Below are positions 1 to 10,609 of a DNA stretch of 50,799 nucleotides, one piece after another; position 1 is the stretch's first letter; each line of letters begins with the position of its first letter. Origin of the DNA: Rhodocyclaceae bacterium (GTDB taxonomy: Bacteria; Pseudomonadota; Gammaproteobacteria; Burkholderiales; Rhodocyclaceae); the NCBI GenBank assembly GCA_030652245.1, contig JAUSBB010000138.1:1-50799 (forward strand). Direction: 5' to 3'. The notes beneath the pieces were generated by a model, which was not told the origin of the DNA, ran no database searches, and was given only the letters and a program-made list of their open reading frames with translations. The position numbers and the translations under genes are program-made.

Positions 1-259
1 CGTTGACCAATGCCTGCAGCGCGTTGCGGTCCATCACCCACAGCCCCTGCCGGACGCTCGGCAGGTAGGCGGATTCGATCTCGAGAAAGCGTAGCTGGAT
101 GTCGCGCATTTCGCGGTCGTATTCGAGATACAGCTGCGCTGCGGTGATGAAGGTGGCGATAAAACCGCTGGCCAGCAGCGTCAGCAACACCAGACGCTTG
201 GCCAGGGAGCGCCTGCCAGGAATGGGCGTGGCGGGCGCGATTGGCTCGATGGGTGTCAT
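1..259 (-). CDS. N-terminal part of a membrane-bound signal transduction protein with a periplasmic CHASE-like sensor domain (runs off the window)
   Basis: Hand translation from ATG at 259: MTPIEPIAPATPIPGRRSLAKRLVLLTLLASGFIATFITAAQLYLEYDREMRDIQ..YLPSVRQGLW. TM helix followed by a sensor-like segment; ATGA overlap with the stop of the upstream SBP gene. Confidence 0.65.
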   Translation of the reverse strand, partial: MTPIEPIAPATPIPGRRSLAKRLVLLTLLASGFIATFITAAQLYLEYDREMRDIQLRFLEIESAYLPSVRQGLWVMDRNALQALVN

Positions 260-993
260 TTGCCGGGAAGGCTGGGCAGGCTCTGCGCGGCGATGCGCTG
301 GTAGGTGCCGTCAGCTTTCATGGCGCGCAGTGCCCGCGCAGCCGGTTCCACCAGGCGGGCATGTTTTGTATGCAGATACATGAACATCTCGGTGGTGGCG
401 AGCGGCGGTTGCAACATCTTTGCCTTGATGCCGCGTTCGCGGATGATATGGTTGCCTTGCCAGCGTTCGAAAAGGATGACATCCGCACGGTCCTGGGCGA
501 GGAGGGCGAAGAGTTGGTCGGCCTCCTGCACCTTGGTGACCGGCGTGTCGGGCAGCAAACCTGACTCGAAGATCTTCCAGCCGTTGATGTAGCCCACCTG
601 GTAATTCTTGAGGGTGTCGAATCCCGTGGTGGCAAACCGGACGCTAGTGGCATAGGCGACAAATTCGTTGTCGATGATCTTCTCGTCGATGCGTACCAGG
701 TTGGGGTAGAGCTTTTCCAGTCCGCGGATACGCAATGCCATGCCATCGTCGATGCCATTGTTGGCATTGATTAGCGCCCGCTCGGCGGCGGGGTAGCGGA
801 CAGCCTCGGCTTCGATGCCGATGCGCCGGAACACCTCGGGAATCAGCAGGTCAAGGAAGCCTTTCTTGTCAGGCAGGAAATACGGCGCGCCGACGCCACT
901 GTTGAGGCGTAGCGGTTCGGCATGGAGCGGTAGCGCGAGTGCGGGCAACAGAATAAAAATAATGGCGCGCAGCCATCGGATGATCGGTCTCAT
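256..993 (-). CDS. Periplasmic substrate-binding protein (SBP family 3-like)
   Basis: Signal peptide; G-F-L-D-L..EVFRRIG, P..RAL..AN.G..DG and MKADGTYQRI motifs typical of this family. Confidence 0.8.
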   Translation of the reverse strand: MRPIIRWLRAIIFILLPALALPLHAEPLRLNSGVGAPYFLPDKKGFLDLLIPEVFRRIGIEAEAVRYPAAERALINANNGIDDGMALRIRGLEKLYPNLVRIDEKIIDNEFVAYATSVRFATTGFDTLKNYQVGYINGWKIFESGLLPDTPVTKVQEADQLFALLAQDRADVILFERWQGNHIIRERGIKAKMLQPPLATTEMFMYLHTKHARLVEPAARALRAMKADGTYQRIAAQSLPSLPGK

Positions 994-1086
994 ATGGCGA
1001 TGGTAACAAAAAAACCTTGGACGGCACGGGGTTGTCGGCGACGCGGAGCGTGCGCTGTTTCTTTGCTGCCTGAGGGGCGGCTCGCG

Positions 1087-2433
1087 CTACTTTTTCGTAG
1101 GCGGATTTTTCGGTAAAGGCTTGGCCGTTTTCCTGGGGCTCGGCTTGGCTGCTGGTTTCGTGGCTGGCGGATCCGTTTTTTTGGCTTTTTTGCCTTTAGC
1201 GGCAATTGCTTTTTCGGGTGGTAACTTCGGCAGCGCGCGCGAGACTTGCTCGTGGCTTGTCTTGCTGCCTGGCCGCGGTACCAGCAGGTTGAGCCCGGGG
1301 CCGATCTTGGTGCGCGGGGTGATGCCATTGATCTGCTTGAGTCTGGCCACATCGATGCCGCGCTGGACAGCCAGTTTGTCCAGTGTCTCGCCGCGTTTCA
1401 GCGTGTGAGTCTGCCAGTTGGATAAAGGCATGTCCTGCGCGGTGTGGCGCTCCAGGTTGGCGTGAAAAGTGTCCACCTTGCCGACCGGCAGCACCAGCGG
1501 ACCGGCCTGGTGGCCGTTCATCACCGGGCGGTGATAGGCGGGATTGAGCAGGATGAAGTCTTCGATCGACATTTCGGCCAGACGCGCGGCGACGGCGACA
1601 TCCATGCGACCCGGCTTCAGGACGGTTTCAAAATAGGGCTCGTTGGGGATGGCGGCAAGATTGAAGCCGAACAGTTCCGGTTGCGCGATGATGTTCTTCA
1701 GCGCCTGCAGCTTGGGCTCGTAATAGCGCGTTTCGGTCGGCATTGTCAGGCTGGCGTAATCGGTGGGCAACCCTTTGGCCTGATTCTTGGCAATGGCGCG
1801 GGCGACGGCGTTCTCGCCCCAGTTGTAGGAGGCCAGCGCCAGATGCCAGTCGCCGTGCATTTCGTAAATGGTCTGCAGATAATTCAGCGCGGCATCGGTC
1901 GAGGCAATGATGTCGCGCCGTTCATCCACCCACCAGTTCTGGTCGAGATTGTAGGACTTGCCTGTGGAGGGAATGAATTGCCAGATGCCGAGCGCTCGCG
2001 CCGAGGACAGCGCCAGCGGATTGAAGGCGCTTTCGACCATCGGCAAGAGCGCCAGTTCGGTCGGCATGCCGCGTTTTTCCAGCTCGACGACGATGTGATA
2101 AAGGTAACGGCGGCCGCGCTCGACGAAGATGCGGCGCAGCATGTCCGGACGGTTGAGATACCATGACTGGCGATCCGCCACCAGCGGGCTCTTCAGATCG
2201 GCCATGCCGAAGCCGTTGCGCATGCGCTGCCAGAGATCGTCCGGCGTGACCGTCAGATCGATCAGCGGCGGCAGGGGCGGCGGATCTTCGATGACTTCCA
2301 TCGGCAGCGCGCGCGCGGACGGCGTCATCATCCGCTCGGTCGACGGCAACTGATCTTCAGCCGCATGTCCGGCTGTGGTGCTGGCAAGCAGGCAAATGAC
2401 CAGCAACAGCCGAACGTTGGTGATGAGGAACAT
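1087..2433 (-). CDS. mltD: Membrane-bound lytic murein transglycosylase D (SLT + LysM)
   Basis: LPMVESAFNP, WQFIPSTG, LASYNWGE and a LysM domain (HTLKRGETL). Start reassigned to MFLITN (signal peptide). Confidence 0.88.
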   Translation of the reverse strand: MFLITNVRLLLVICLLASTTAGHAAEDQLPSTERMMTPSARALPMEVIEDPPPLPPLIDLTVTPDDLWQRMRNGFGMADLKSPLVADRQSWYLNRPDMLRRIFVERGRRYLYHIVVELEKRGMPTELALLPMVESAFNPLALSSARALGIWQFIPSTGKSYNLDQNWWVDERRDIIASTDAALNYLQTIYEMHGDWHLALASYNWGENAVARAIAKNQAKGLPTDYASLTMPTETRYYEPKLQALKNIIAQPELFGFNLAAIPNEPYFETVLKPGRMDVAVAARLAEMSIEDFILLNPAYHRPVMNGHQAGPLVLPVGKVDTFHANLERHTAQDMPLSNWQTHTLKRGETLDKLAVQRGIDVARLKQINGITPRTKIGPGLNLLVPRPGSKTSHEQVSRALPKLPPEKAIAAKGKKAKKTDPPATKPAAKPSPRKTAKPLPKNPPTKK

Positions 2434-2659
2434 GGGTAAACCGGGTTCTGCGGAAGGCGCCGAGTTTAAGCGACTTGGCGGTTGAAAGCCAGCTAGCGCC
2501 AATGCCATCAGGCAGTCGATTGGCGGTCGTGATTCCCCCTGCAACTGATTGCCTGCGGGAATCCACAATGGCCGCGGCGTTGGCGGCGGTGCATAATCGC
2601 GCCGCGACATGCTGCTTTGCCAAATCCGCTTTGCCAAACAATACCCGAGGAGATCCAAC

Positions 2660-3664
2660 ATGAAGATGCGCACGCTTGCCATCGGCCTTGCCGCCGCGAC
2701 CTTTTCGCTGGCCGCGCTGGCCCAGCAACCCATCGTGATCAAGTTCAGTCACGTCGTCGCGGCGGATACGCCCAAGGGCAAGGGTGCCGAGTTCTTCAAA
2801 ATCAAGGCGGAAGAGATGACCAAGGGCCGCGTCAAGGTCGAGGTCTACGCCAACAGCACCCTGTATAAAGACAAAGAGGAAATGGAAGCGCTGCAACTTG
2901 GCGCCGTGCAGATGCTGGCGCCGTCGCTGTCCAAATTTGGGCCGCTCGGGGTCAAGGAATTTGAAGTCTTCGACCTGCCCTACATCTTCGACGGCTACGA
3001 CAGCCTGCGCAAGGTGACGCTCGGCCCGGTCGGCCGGCAGTTGCTCGACAAGCTTGATGCCAAGGGCATCAAGGGTCTGACCTACTGGGACAATGGCTTC
3101 AAGTCCATCTCGGCCAATACGCCGATCAAGTCGCCGGCCGATCTCAAGGGCAAGAAAATGCGCATCCAGTCGTCAAAGGTGCTTGAGGAGCAATACCGCA
3201 CGCTCGGCGCGATTCCGCAGGTGATGGCCTTCTCCGAGGTTTATCAGGCGCTGCAGACCGGCGTGGTGGATGGCACCGACAACCCGCACTCGAACCTCTA
3301 TACGCAGAAAATGCATGAAGTGCAGAAGCACATGACCATCACCGACCACAACTACCTGGGCTATGCGGTAATCGTCAAAAAGAAATTCTGGGATGGCCTG
3401 CCCGCCGACATCCGTAAGCAGCTCGACGACGCAATGGAGCAGTCGACGCGCTATGCCAACCAGTTCGCCAAGATCGACAACGACAACGCGCTGGAGATGG
3501 TGCGGAAATCCGGCAAGACGCAGATTTATACGCCGACCAAGGAAGAGCTCAGCGCCTTCAAGAAGGCGATGGTTCCGGTGCATAAGAAGATGGAGTCGCG
3601 CGTCGGTAAGGAAACCATCGACGCGGTGTACAAGGCCACCGGCTTCAATCCGGCCAAGCTCTGA
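2660..3664 (+). CDS. dctP: TRAP C4-dicarboxylate transporter substrate-binding subunit
   Basis: IKFSHVVA.DTPKG, YWDNGFK, FSEVYQALQTGVVDG; RBS GAGGAG upstream of ATG 2660. Confidence 0.93.
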   Translation: MKMRTLAIGLAAATFSLAALAQQPIVIKFSHVVAADTPKGKGAEFFKIKAEEMTKGRVKVEVYANSTLYKDKEEMEALQLGAVQMLAPSLSKFGPLGVKEFEVFDLPYIFDGYDSLRKVTLGPVGRQLLDKLDAKGIKGLTYWDNGFKSISANTPIKSPADLKGKKMRIQSSKVLEEQYRTLGAIPQVMAFSEVYQALQTGVVDGTDNPHSNLYTQKMHEVQKHMTITDHNYLGYAVIVKKKFWDGLPADIRKQLDDAMEQSTRYANQFAKIDNDNALEMVRKSGKTQIYTPTKEELSAFKKAMVPVHKKMESRVGKETIDAVYKATGFNPAKL

Positions 3665-3680
3665 CCTGGTCTGAATTCTC

Positions 3681-3711
3681 CCGCAGCACGGCGCCATGCG
3701 TCGTGCTGCGG
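3681..3711 (+). other. Intercistronic hairpin between dctP and dctQ
   Basis: CCGCAGCACGGCGC-CAT-GCGTCGTGCTGCGG inverted repeat without a U-tract; probably stabilises the dctP mRNA (inference). Confidence 0.5.
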
Positions 3712-3730
3712 CGTTCGTTCGGGGAACCCG

Positions 3731-4432
3731 ATGTTAAATAAAGCACTGAATCATCTCGAGGAACTGCTGGTCACGTTCCTCATCGGCGCTGCCACCCTCA
3801 TCATTTTCATGGCGGTGGCGCACCGTTATCTGGCGGGCCTGGCCATTCCCGGCGTGCAGGACTGGCTGCTGACCCTGAACTTTGGCTGGGCGCAGGAACT
3901 CACCATCATCATGTTCGTCTGGATGGCCAAGTTCGGCGCGGCCTACGGCGTGCGCACCGGCATCCACGTCGGCGTCGATGTGCTGATCAACCAGATGTCC
4001 GACAGCCGGCGCGGCAAGTTCATCATCTTCGGCCTCCTGGCCGGCGCGTTCTTTACCGGTGTCATCGGCACCCTGGGGGCCCATTTTGTCTGGGAGAACG
4101 GCGCCAACTACAGCATTTACACGACGCTGGGCATTGCCACCGGCGATCTTTACGCCGGCCCCACCACCCCCGATCTCGAATGGCCGACCTGGATTGTCTA
4201 TTCCGCGATTCCGCTCGGTTCCTATCTGATGTGCTTCCGTTTCTTGCAGGTCATGGCGAATTTCAGGCGCACCGGCGAGCTGCCGCACCACGAGCACGGC
4301 CACGTCGAAGGTATCGAGGAGGATCAGGTGCCGGTGGATGTCAACCCCTACAGCATGGACGACGACCTCCACCCGCAAGACCTCAAACATAACCCGGACG
4401 GCACGAGCAAGCAGGCGAGGAAAAACCCATGA
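3731..4432 (+). CDS. dctQ: TRAP transporter small permease
   Basis: WAQEL..FVWMAKFGAAYGVRTGIHVGVD; four TM segments. Confidence 0.92.
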   Translation: MLNKALNHLEELLVTFLIGAATLIIFMAVAHRYLAGLAIPGVQDWLLTLNFGWAQELTIIMFVWMAKFGAAYGVRTGIHVGVDVLINQMSDSRRGKFIIFGLLAGAFFTGVIGTLGAHFVWENGANYSIYTTLGIATGDLYAGPTTPDLEWPTWIVYSAIPLGSYLMCFRFLQVMANFRRTGELPHHEHGHVEGIEEDQVPVDVNPYSMDDDLHPQDLKHNPDGTSKQARKNP

Positions 4433-5712
4433 GCGCCGCGATTATCTTCTTCCTCCTCGTTACCTTGATGCTGACCGGCATGCCGGTGTCGATCTCGCTC
4501 GGCCTGACGGTGCTGATCTTTCTCTTCGGCTTTACCGAGGTGCCGCTCGAGGCGGTGGCGCTCAAGCTGTTCACCGGCATCGAGAAGTTCGAGATCATGG
4601 CGATCCCGTTCTTCATCCTCGCCGGCAACTTCCTCACCCATCGCGGCGAGGCGCGGAGCATGATCAATATTCCCACCGCGATGGTCGCTCATCTGCGTGG
4701 CGGGCTGGGGCTGAGTTCGGTGTTCGCCTGCGCCCTGTTTGCCGCGGTGTCGGGCTCCAGCCCGGCGACGGTGGTGGCGATCGGCTCGATCATGTTGCCG
4801 GCGATGGTCAGGGCTGGCTACCCGAAACGCTTCGGCGTCGGCGTTGTCGCCTCCGCTGGTGGGCTGGGCATCCTGATCCCGCCCTCGATCGTCATGGTGA
4901 TGTATGCGGTGTCCACCAACAGCTCGATCGGGGCGTTGTTCATGGCAGGGGTGATTCCCGGCCTGTTGCTGGCGCTGTTTCTCGGCGTCACCACCTGGTA
5001 TCGGGCCTGGCGCGGCAATTATCCACGCGAGCCGGTGCATTCCTGGGGCGAGCGCTGGCAGACCTTTCGCAAGTCGGTGTGGGGCCTGTTGCTGATCATC
5101 GTCGTCATGGGCGGCATCTACAGCGGAATCTTTACGCCGACCGAGGCGGCGGCGATGAGCGCGGTCTATGCTTTCATCATTGCGGTGTTCGTCTACCGTG
5201 ACCTCAAGTTTTCCGACGTGCCCCGGGTGCTGCTCAATTCGGCGAACATGAGCGCGATGCTGCTCTACATCATCACCAACGCGATGCTGTTCTCCTTCAT
5301 TCTCACCAACGAGCAAATTCCCCAGGACATCGCCCAGTGGTTGCTGGCATCCGGCCTCGGCATGATTGGCTTCCTCATCGTGGTGAATATCCTGCTGCTG
5401 CTGATGGGCAATTTCATGGAGCCCTCGTCGATCATCCTCATCACCGCGCCGATCCTGTTCCCGATCGCCATGAAGCTCGGCATCGACCCGATCCATTTCG
5501 GCATCATGATCGTCGTGAACATGGAAATCGGCATGATCACCCCGCCGGTCGGCCTGAACCTTTACGTCGCCAGCGGCATCAGCAAGATGGGCCTGACCGA
5601 GTGCACCATAGCAGTCTGGCCCTGGTTGCTGACCATGCTGGCGTTCCTGATGCTGATCACCTATGTGCCGGAAATCTCGATCTGGCTGCCGCGCACGCTG
5701 GGCATGATGTAA
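4429..5712 (+). CDS. dctM: TRAP transporter large permease
   Basis: AIPFFILAG, SGSSPATV, LGILIPPS, GMITPPVGLNL. Confidence 0.93.
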   Translation: MSAAIIFFLLVTLMLTGMPVSISLGLTVLIFLFGFTEVPLEAVALKLFTGIEKFEIMAIPFFILAGNFLTHRGEARSMINIPTAMVAHLRGGLGLSSVFACALFAAVSGSSPATVVAIGSIMLPAMVRAGYPKRFGVGVVASAGGLGILIPPSIVMVMYAVSTNSSIGALFMAGVIPGLLLALFLGVTTWYRAWRGNYPREPVHSWGERWQTFRKSVWGLLLIIVVMGGIYSGIFTPTEAAAMSAVYAFIIAVFVYRDLKFSDVPRVLLNSANMSAMLLYIITNAMLFSFILTNEQIPQDIAQWLLASGLGMIGFLIVVNILLLLMGNFMEPSSIILITAPILFPIAMKLGIDPIHFGIMIVVNMEIGMITPPVGLNLYVASGISKMGLTECTIAVWPWLLTMLAFLMLITYVPEISIWLPRTLGMM

Positions 5713-5826
5713 TCGCCCGCCCCCCTTCGCCCCCCTCTCGGGGGGGTTCTTATCGGCTCGCTGTGCTCGCGTATTACGGGGCGCTTTTCTTGGCAGCGGA
5801 GCGGATTGCGGCTGGCGCCGCGTGCC

Positions 5827-5857
5827 GCGTTTGCTTGGGGCGGCCCGGCGCAAACGC
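5827..5857 (-). repeat. Structured repeat, copy 1 (core CGCCGGGCCGCCCCAAG in a stem), intergenic
   Basis: + strand reads GCGTTTG-CTTGGGGCGGCCCGGCG-CAAACGC; same core as the copies in recC and recB. Confidence 0.85.
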
Positions 5858-5891
5858 TATGCTGTTTTCGCGGTAGCGCCAGCCGCCCCTC

Positions 5892-5920
5892 AAAGCCCGG
5901 CAATGCCGGGCTTTTTTCTT
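5892..5920 (+). terminator. Rho-independent terminator of dctPQM
   Basis: AAAGCCCGGC-AAT-GCCGGGCTTT followed by further T residues. Confidence 0.8.
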
Positions 5921-6000
5921 TGGCCACCGCCGGGCCAGAGTCCAAACTGCGATAAAATCGCTACCCTTTTGTTTTACTTACCAATCTGCTGGAGAAAAGA

Positions 6001-6420
6001 ATGGCAACTGAGCGCACCCTGTCGATCATCAAACCCGATGCCGTGGCCAAAAATGTGATCGGCAAAATCTATTCCCGCTTCGAGACCAACGGCCTCAAGA
6101 TCGTCGCTGCCCGCATGGCCTGGTTGTCCGAGCGCGAAGCCGGCGGCTTCTATGCCGTGCACAAGGATCGCCCCTTCTTCAAGGACCTCGTGCAATTCAT
6201 GAGCTCCGGCCCGGTGATGATTCAGGTGCTTGAAGGCGAGGGCGCCATCGCCAAGAACCGCGACCTGATGGGCGCCACCGATCCCAAGAAAGCGGCAGCC
6301 GGCACGATTCGCGCCGATTTCGCCGACAGCATCGACGCCAATGCCGTGCATGGCTCCGACGGCCCGGATACCGCCAAGGTGGAAATCGCCTACTTCTTCC
6401 CCGCGCTGAGTGTTTTCTAA
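6001..6420 (+). CDS. ndk: Nucleoside diphosphate kinase
   Basis: [27 protein letters not shown]. Confidence 0.98.
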   Translation: MATERTLSIIKPDAVAKNVIGKIYSRFETNGLKIVAARMAWLSEREAGGFYAVHKDRPFFKDLVQFMSSGPVMIQVLEGEGAIAKNRDLMGATDPKKAAAGTIRADFADSIDANAVHGSDGPDTAKVEIAYFFPALSVF

Positions 6421-6430
6421 ACGCTGATTA

Positions 6431-7573
6431 ATGGTCAATCTGCTCGATTTCGATGTTGAAGGCCTGACCGCCTGGTTCGCGGAGCGGGGCGAGAAGCCGT
6501 TTCGCGCGCACCAGTTGTCGCGCTGGATGCACCGTTTCGGCGTGGATGATTTTGGGCAGATGACCGATGTGGCCAAAACGCTCCGCGCCAGGTTGGCCGC
6601 GGAAGCCGAGATTCGCGGCCCGCTGCCCTTGCGCGACAGCACCGCCGCCGACGGCACGCGCAAATGGCTGCTGGATGTGGGTAATGGGAACGCCGTCGAA
6701 ACCGTCTTCATTCCGGAAGCGAATCGCGGCACCCTGTGCATTTCCAGTCAGGTCGGTTGCGCACTCGAATGTTCGTTTTGCTCGACCGGCAAGCAGGGCT
6801 TCAACCGCAACCTCTCCACCGCCGAGATCATCGGCCAGCTCTGGCATGCCAATCGGATGCTGGGCGCGGTCAAACAGCCGGGTGTTGATGACAGTGGCGA
6901 ACGGGTCATCAGCAATGTCGTGCTGATGGGCATGGGCGAACCGCTGGCGAACCTCGACAATGTTTCGGCCGCCCTGCGCCTGATGCTCGACGATCATGCC
7001 TACGGGTTGTCGCGTCGCCGTGTGACGGTCTCCACGGCCGGACTGGTGCCGGCCATCGATCGGCTGAAGGATAGCGTGCCGGTGGCGCTGGCGGTATCCC
7101 TGCACGCGCCCACGGATGCGTTGCGTGACGAGCTGGTGCCGATCAATCGCAAGTATCCGCTCGCCGAACTGATGGCGGCGTGCCGGCGTTATCTTGAAAA
7201 AGCGCCCCGCGATTTCATTACCTTCGAATACGTGCTGCTGGCGGGCATCAATGACAGCGACGCCGCTGCCCATGCCTTGCTGCAACTGACCCGCACGGTT
7301 CCCTGCAAGTTCAACCTGATTCCATTCAATCCATTTCCCGGTTCCGACTACCGGCGGCCGAGCCCAGAGCGGGTGCGCCGCTTCCAGGAAATATTGATGA
7401 ATGCCGATGTCGTTGCCACGGTGCGCAAGACGCGCGGCGACGGCATCGACGCAGCCTGCGGGCAGTTGGCCGGACAGGTTCAGGATCGCACCCGGCGGAC
7501 CGCGAAGACGGCGGGCGCATCGCTATCCGGCACACGCACGATTATTCCGATTGCGCAGGAGGTGCATGCATGA
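6431..7573 (+). CDS. rlmN: 23S rRNA/tRNA m2A methyltransferase (radical SAM)
   Basis: [30 protein letters not shown]. Confidence 0.97.
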   Translation: MVNLLDFDVEGLTAWFAERGEKPFRAHQLSRWMHRFGVDDFGQMTDVAKTLRARLAAEAEIRGPLPLRDSTAADGTRKWLLDVGNGNAVETVFIPEANRGTLCISSQVGCALECSFCSTGKQGFNRNLSTAEIIGQLWHANRMLGAVKQPGVDDSGERVISNVVLMGMGEPLANLDNVSAALRLMLDDHAYGLSRRRVTVSTAGLVPAIDRLKDSVPVALAVSLHAPTDALRDELVPINRKYPLAELMAACRRYLEKAPRDFITFEYVLLAGINDSDAAAHALLQLTRTVPCKFNLIPFNPFPGSDYRRPSPERVRRFQEILMNADVVATVRKTRGDGIDAACGQLAGQVQDRTRRTAKTAGASLSGTRTIIPIAQEVHA

Positions 7574-8364
7574 TGCGCAAACCGGGCTTATTTTTGCTGG
7601 CACTGTTTTTGACGGGTTGTGCCGGCGCCCCTGTCGGCGACGCTGATGTCGGCAGCGTCGAGCAGGCTGTTTCCCGCCAGACGGCCACGAGCGAAGCCGG
7701 CCAGCGCGCCAAGGTGCATACCGAACTGGGCCGCTACTATCTGCAGGCAGGAAACTACGATATCGCGCTCGAGCGGGCGCGTATCGCGATCGATGCGGAG
7801 AACGGCTATGCGCCCGCCCACAACCTGATGGCGTTGGTTTATATGGCCCTGGTACGCAATCCGTTGGCGGAGCAAAGCTTCCAGCGGGCCTTGCAACTGG
7901 CGCCGGGCGATCCGGAAATCAACAACGACTACGGCTGGTTTCTCTGCCAGACCGGCAAGCCGAAGGAGTCGCTTGCCCATTTCAGGCTGGCTATCGGTAA
8001 CTCGCTTTATCAGGCGCCCGGCAAGGCGCTCACGAATGCCGGACTGTGCGCCCTGATGATCCAGGATGACCGGCAGGCCGAGGACTTCATGTCCCGTGCG
8101 GTGCGCATCGATCGCGCCAATTTGACCGCGCTGTTCTGGCTTGCCGACATCGCCTACCGCGGCAATCGGCTGGCCGAGGCGCGGCAGATCATCAAGGAAC
8201 TGCATGCCCGGCTGGATCCCACCGCGGAGTCTGCCTGGCTGGCATTGCGCATCGAGCGCAAGCTGGGCGACCGTGAAGCCGAGGCGCGCTTTACCGGCGT
8301 CCTGCACCGTAAATTCCGCAATTCGCCCGAGCAGCAAAAATTGTCGCGCGGAGAGTTCGATTGA
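7570..8364 (+). CDS. pilW: Type IV pilus biogenesis/stability lipoprotein PilW/PilF (TPR)
   Basis: Lipobox LTGC, TPR repeats, NNDYGWFLC; conserved position between rlmN and rodZ. Confidence 0.9.
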   Translation: MMRKPGLFLLALFLTGCAGAPVGDADVGSVEQAVSRQTATSEAGQRAKVHTELGRYYLQAGNYDIALERARIAIDAENGYAPAHNLMALVYMALVRNPLAEQSFQRALQLAPGDPEINNDYGWFLCQTGKPKESLAHFRLAIGNSLYQAPGKALTNAGLCALMIQDDRQAEDFMSRAVRIDRANLTALFWLADIAYRGNRLAEARQIIKELHARLDPTAESAWLALRIERKLGDREAEARFTGVLHRKFRNSPEQQKLSRGEFD

Positions 8365-9359
8365 AAGACGAGCCGCAATTTTCTCCGCTTGCGGAGGATG
8401 CGACAAAAGTCGGCGCTGGCGGGACGGCGTCAGCCGGCTCGCCCGGTGAAATGGAGACGGCGTCAGCCGGCACGCCGGGTGAAACGGGGATGGCGTCAGC
8501 CGAATCGCCGGGTGAAATGGAGCCGGCGGCTGCCACTGCCACAGTCGGCCAGCGACTGCGTGCCGCACGCGAGGCGGCCCATTTGTCTGTTGCCGAGGTG
8601 GCCGACTCAATCAAGTTCAGTCCGCGTCAGATTGAACTGCTTGAGGCCGATGACTACGCTGGACTGCCTGGCGCCACCATTGTGCGTGGCTTCGTGCGCA
8701 GTTACGCCCGCTTGCTCAAACAGGACGCCGATCTGCTGTTGCATGTGCTGGATGCCGATACCCCCATTGCGCCAGCCGAAGTGCGCGCCCCCGGCAACAT
8801 GGGCGTTGCCAACGAGCCGGGCAAGCGGCAGTGGTCACCCCTGGTGTCGGCGACGATAGTCCTGGCGCTGGCCGCCCTGCTGCTGGGCCTGTGGCATTTC
8901 CTGGTCCCGCCGCTGGCGACGGAAACGGTTGTTGCGGCAGGTAGCCGGCTCTGGTCGGCGCCGCGCGCCTTGTTGTCGCCCGCGCCCGCCACCGAACCCG
9001 TGCCTGCCGTTCCCGCGCCGGCAGCCGCAACGCTGGAGTCAAGTGCGACGGTTCCGCCAGCGGCCGCGCCGGTTCCCGCTGAAGCTGGCAGCGCGCCGGC
9101 CGCGGTCGGCGCTGCGGTTGGCGAAATTACCCTGCAATTTGTTTTTCACGGACGCTCCTGGGTTGAGGTCGGCGATGTCACCCGGCAGAAGCTGCATTCC
9201 GCCGAGAATCCCGCTGGCAGCCGTTTGACGCTGACCGGTCGTCCGCCCTTCGATATCGTCATCGGCAATGCCGGCAAGGTTGCGCTGACCTACGCGGGTC
9301 GCCCGATCGATCTGGCGCCCTACACGCGCGCCGAAGTGGCGCGGCTGACACTCGAATAA
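8361..9359 (+). CDS. rodZ: Cytoskeleton protein RodZ (HTH, TM, C-terminal domain)
   Basis: [10 protein letters not shown]...[11 protein letters not shown], single TM, SWVEV...IGNA; start codon uncertain (TTG). Confidence 0.88.
   Translation: MKDEPQFSPLAEDATKVGAGGTASAGSPGEMETASAGTPGETGMASAESPGEMEPAAATATVGQRLRAAREAAHLSVAEVADSIKFSPRQIELLEADDYAGLPGATIVRGFVRSYARLLKQDADLLLHVLDADTPIAPAEVRAPGNMGVANEPGKRQWSPLVSATIVLALAALLLGLWHFLVPPLATETVVAAGSRLWSAPRALLSPAPATEPVPAVPAPAAATLESSATVPPAAAPVPAEAGSAPAAVGAAVGEITLQFVFHGRSWVEVGDVTRQKLHSAENPAGSRLTLTGRPPFDIVIGNAGKVALTYAGRPIDLAPYTRAEVARLTLE
8405..8428 (+). repeat. 24-bp intragenic motif, copy 1 (rodZ)
   Basis: AAAAGTCGGCGCTGGCGGGACGGC; reads KVGAGGTA. Confidence 0.92.
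8421..8528 (+). repeat. 33-bp tandem repeat x3.3 in the rodZ N-terminus
   Basis: Units 8421-8453, 8454-8486, 8487-8519 encode [11 protein letters not shown] / [11 protein letters not shown] / [11 protein letters not shown]. Confidence 0.9.
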
Positions 9360-10609
9360 TGAACGCTACGGATACTCCGGTGCGTCGGTCGACGCGCCGC
9401 GTCATGGTCGGCAATGTCGCCGTCGGCGGGGGGCTGGACGGCGCGCCAGCCGCTCCGGTGGTCGTCCAGTCGATGACCAACACCGACACCGCCGATGTGT
9501 TTGCCACCAGCCAGCAGGTGGCGGAGCTTTACCGCGCCGGCTCGGAGGTGGTGCGCGTCACCGTGAACACCCGCGAAGCCGCCGCCGCCGTGCCGAAAAT
9601 TCGTGATCGGCTCGAGCTGTTAAACCTTAATGTGCCCCTGGTCGGCGACTTCCATTTCAACGGCCACAAGCTGCTGACGGAAGTGCCCGAGTGCGCCGCG
9701 GCGCTGGCCAAGCTGCGCATCAATCCCGGCAACGTCGGCAAGGGCGCGCGGCGCGACGAACAGTTCGCCAAGATGATCGAGATTGCCGGCAGGTACCAAA
9801 AGCCGGTGCGCATCGGCGTTAACTGGGGCAGCCTCGATCAGTCCTTGCTGGCGCGCCTGATGGACGAAAATGCAAAGCGCGCGGAACCCAAGGACGCGAC
9901 GGGACTGATGCGCGAGGCGATGGTCGCCTCGGCGCTCGAATCCGCAGCCCGGGCCGAAGCGCTCGGCCTGCCGGGCAATGCCATCATCCTGTCCTGCAAG
10001 GTTTCCGGCGTACAGGACCTGATCGCGATTTACCGCGACCTGGCCAGGCGCTGCGACTATCCGCTCCACCTCGGACTCACCGAAGCCGGTCTGGGCAGCA
10101 AGGGCATCGTCGCCTCGACCGCCGCGCTGGCGGTGCTGTTGCAGGAAGGCATCGGCGACACCATTCGCGTCTCGCTCACGCCCGAACCCGGCGGCGAGCG
10201 CACGCGCGAAGTCATCGTCGCCCAGGAAATCCTGCAAACCATGGGCCTGCGCGCTTTCGTGCCGATGGTGGTGGCCTGTCCCGGCTGCGGCCGCACCAGC
10301 AGCACCGTGTTTCAGGAACTCGCCCAGGATATTCAGACCTATGTGCGCGAGCGCATGCCGACATGGCAATTGCATCATCGCGGCGTGGAGAACATGACGC
10401 TCGCCGTGATGGGCTGCGTGGTCAACGGCCCCGGCGAGAGCAAGCATGCCAACCTTGGCATTTCGCTGCCCGGCACGGGCGAGGAGCCGGTCGCGCCGGT
10501 CTATGCCGACGGCGCGCGCATCACTACATTGCGCGGCGAGAACATTGCCGCCGAATTCAGAGCCATCATCGATACCTACGTCGCCAACAAATACCCTCTG
10601 CATTCATGA
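9359..10609 (+). CDS. ispG: (E)-4-hydroxy-3-methylbut-2-enyl-diphosphate synthase
   Basis: [40 protein letters not shown]. Confidence 0.97.
   Translation: MNATDTPVRRSTRRVMVGNVAVGGGLDGAPAAPVVVQSMTNTDTADVFATSQQVAELYRAGSEVVRVTVNTREAAAAVPKIRDRLELLNLNVPLVGDFHFNGHKLLTEVPECAAALAKLRINPGNVGKGARRDEQFAKMIEIAGRYQKPVRIGVNWGSLDQSLLARLMDENAKRAEPKDATGLMREAMVASALESAARAEALGLPGNAIILSCKVSGVQDLIAIYRDLARRCDYPLHLGLTEAGLGSKGIVASTAALAVLLQEGIGDTIRVSLTPEPGGERTREVIVAQEILQTMGLRAFVPMVVACPGCGRTSSTVFQELAQDIQTYVRERMPTWQLHHRGVENMTLAVMGCVVNGPGESKHANLGISLPGTGEEPVAPVYADGARITTLRGENIAAEFRAIIDTYVANKYPLHS

Noticed and set aside
8421-8519. 33-bp repeats as a CRISPR array
   Set aside because: Units are directly adjacent with no spacers, lie in-frame within rodZ, and there are no cas genes.
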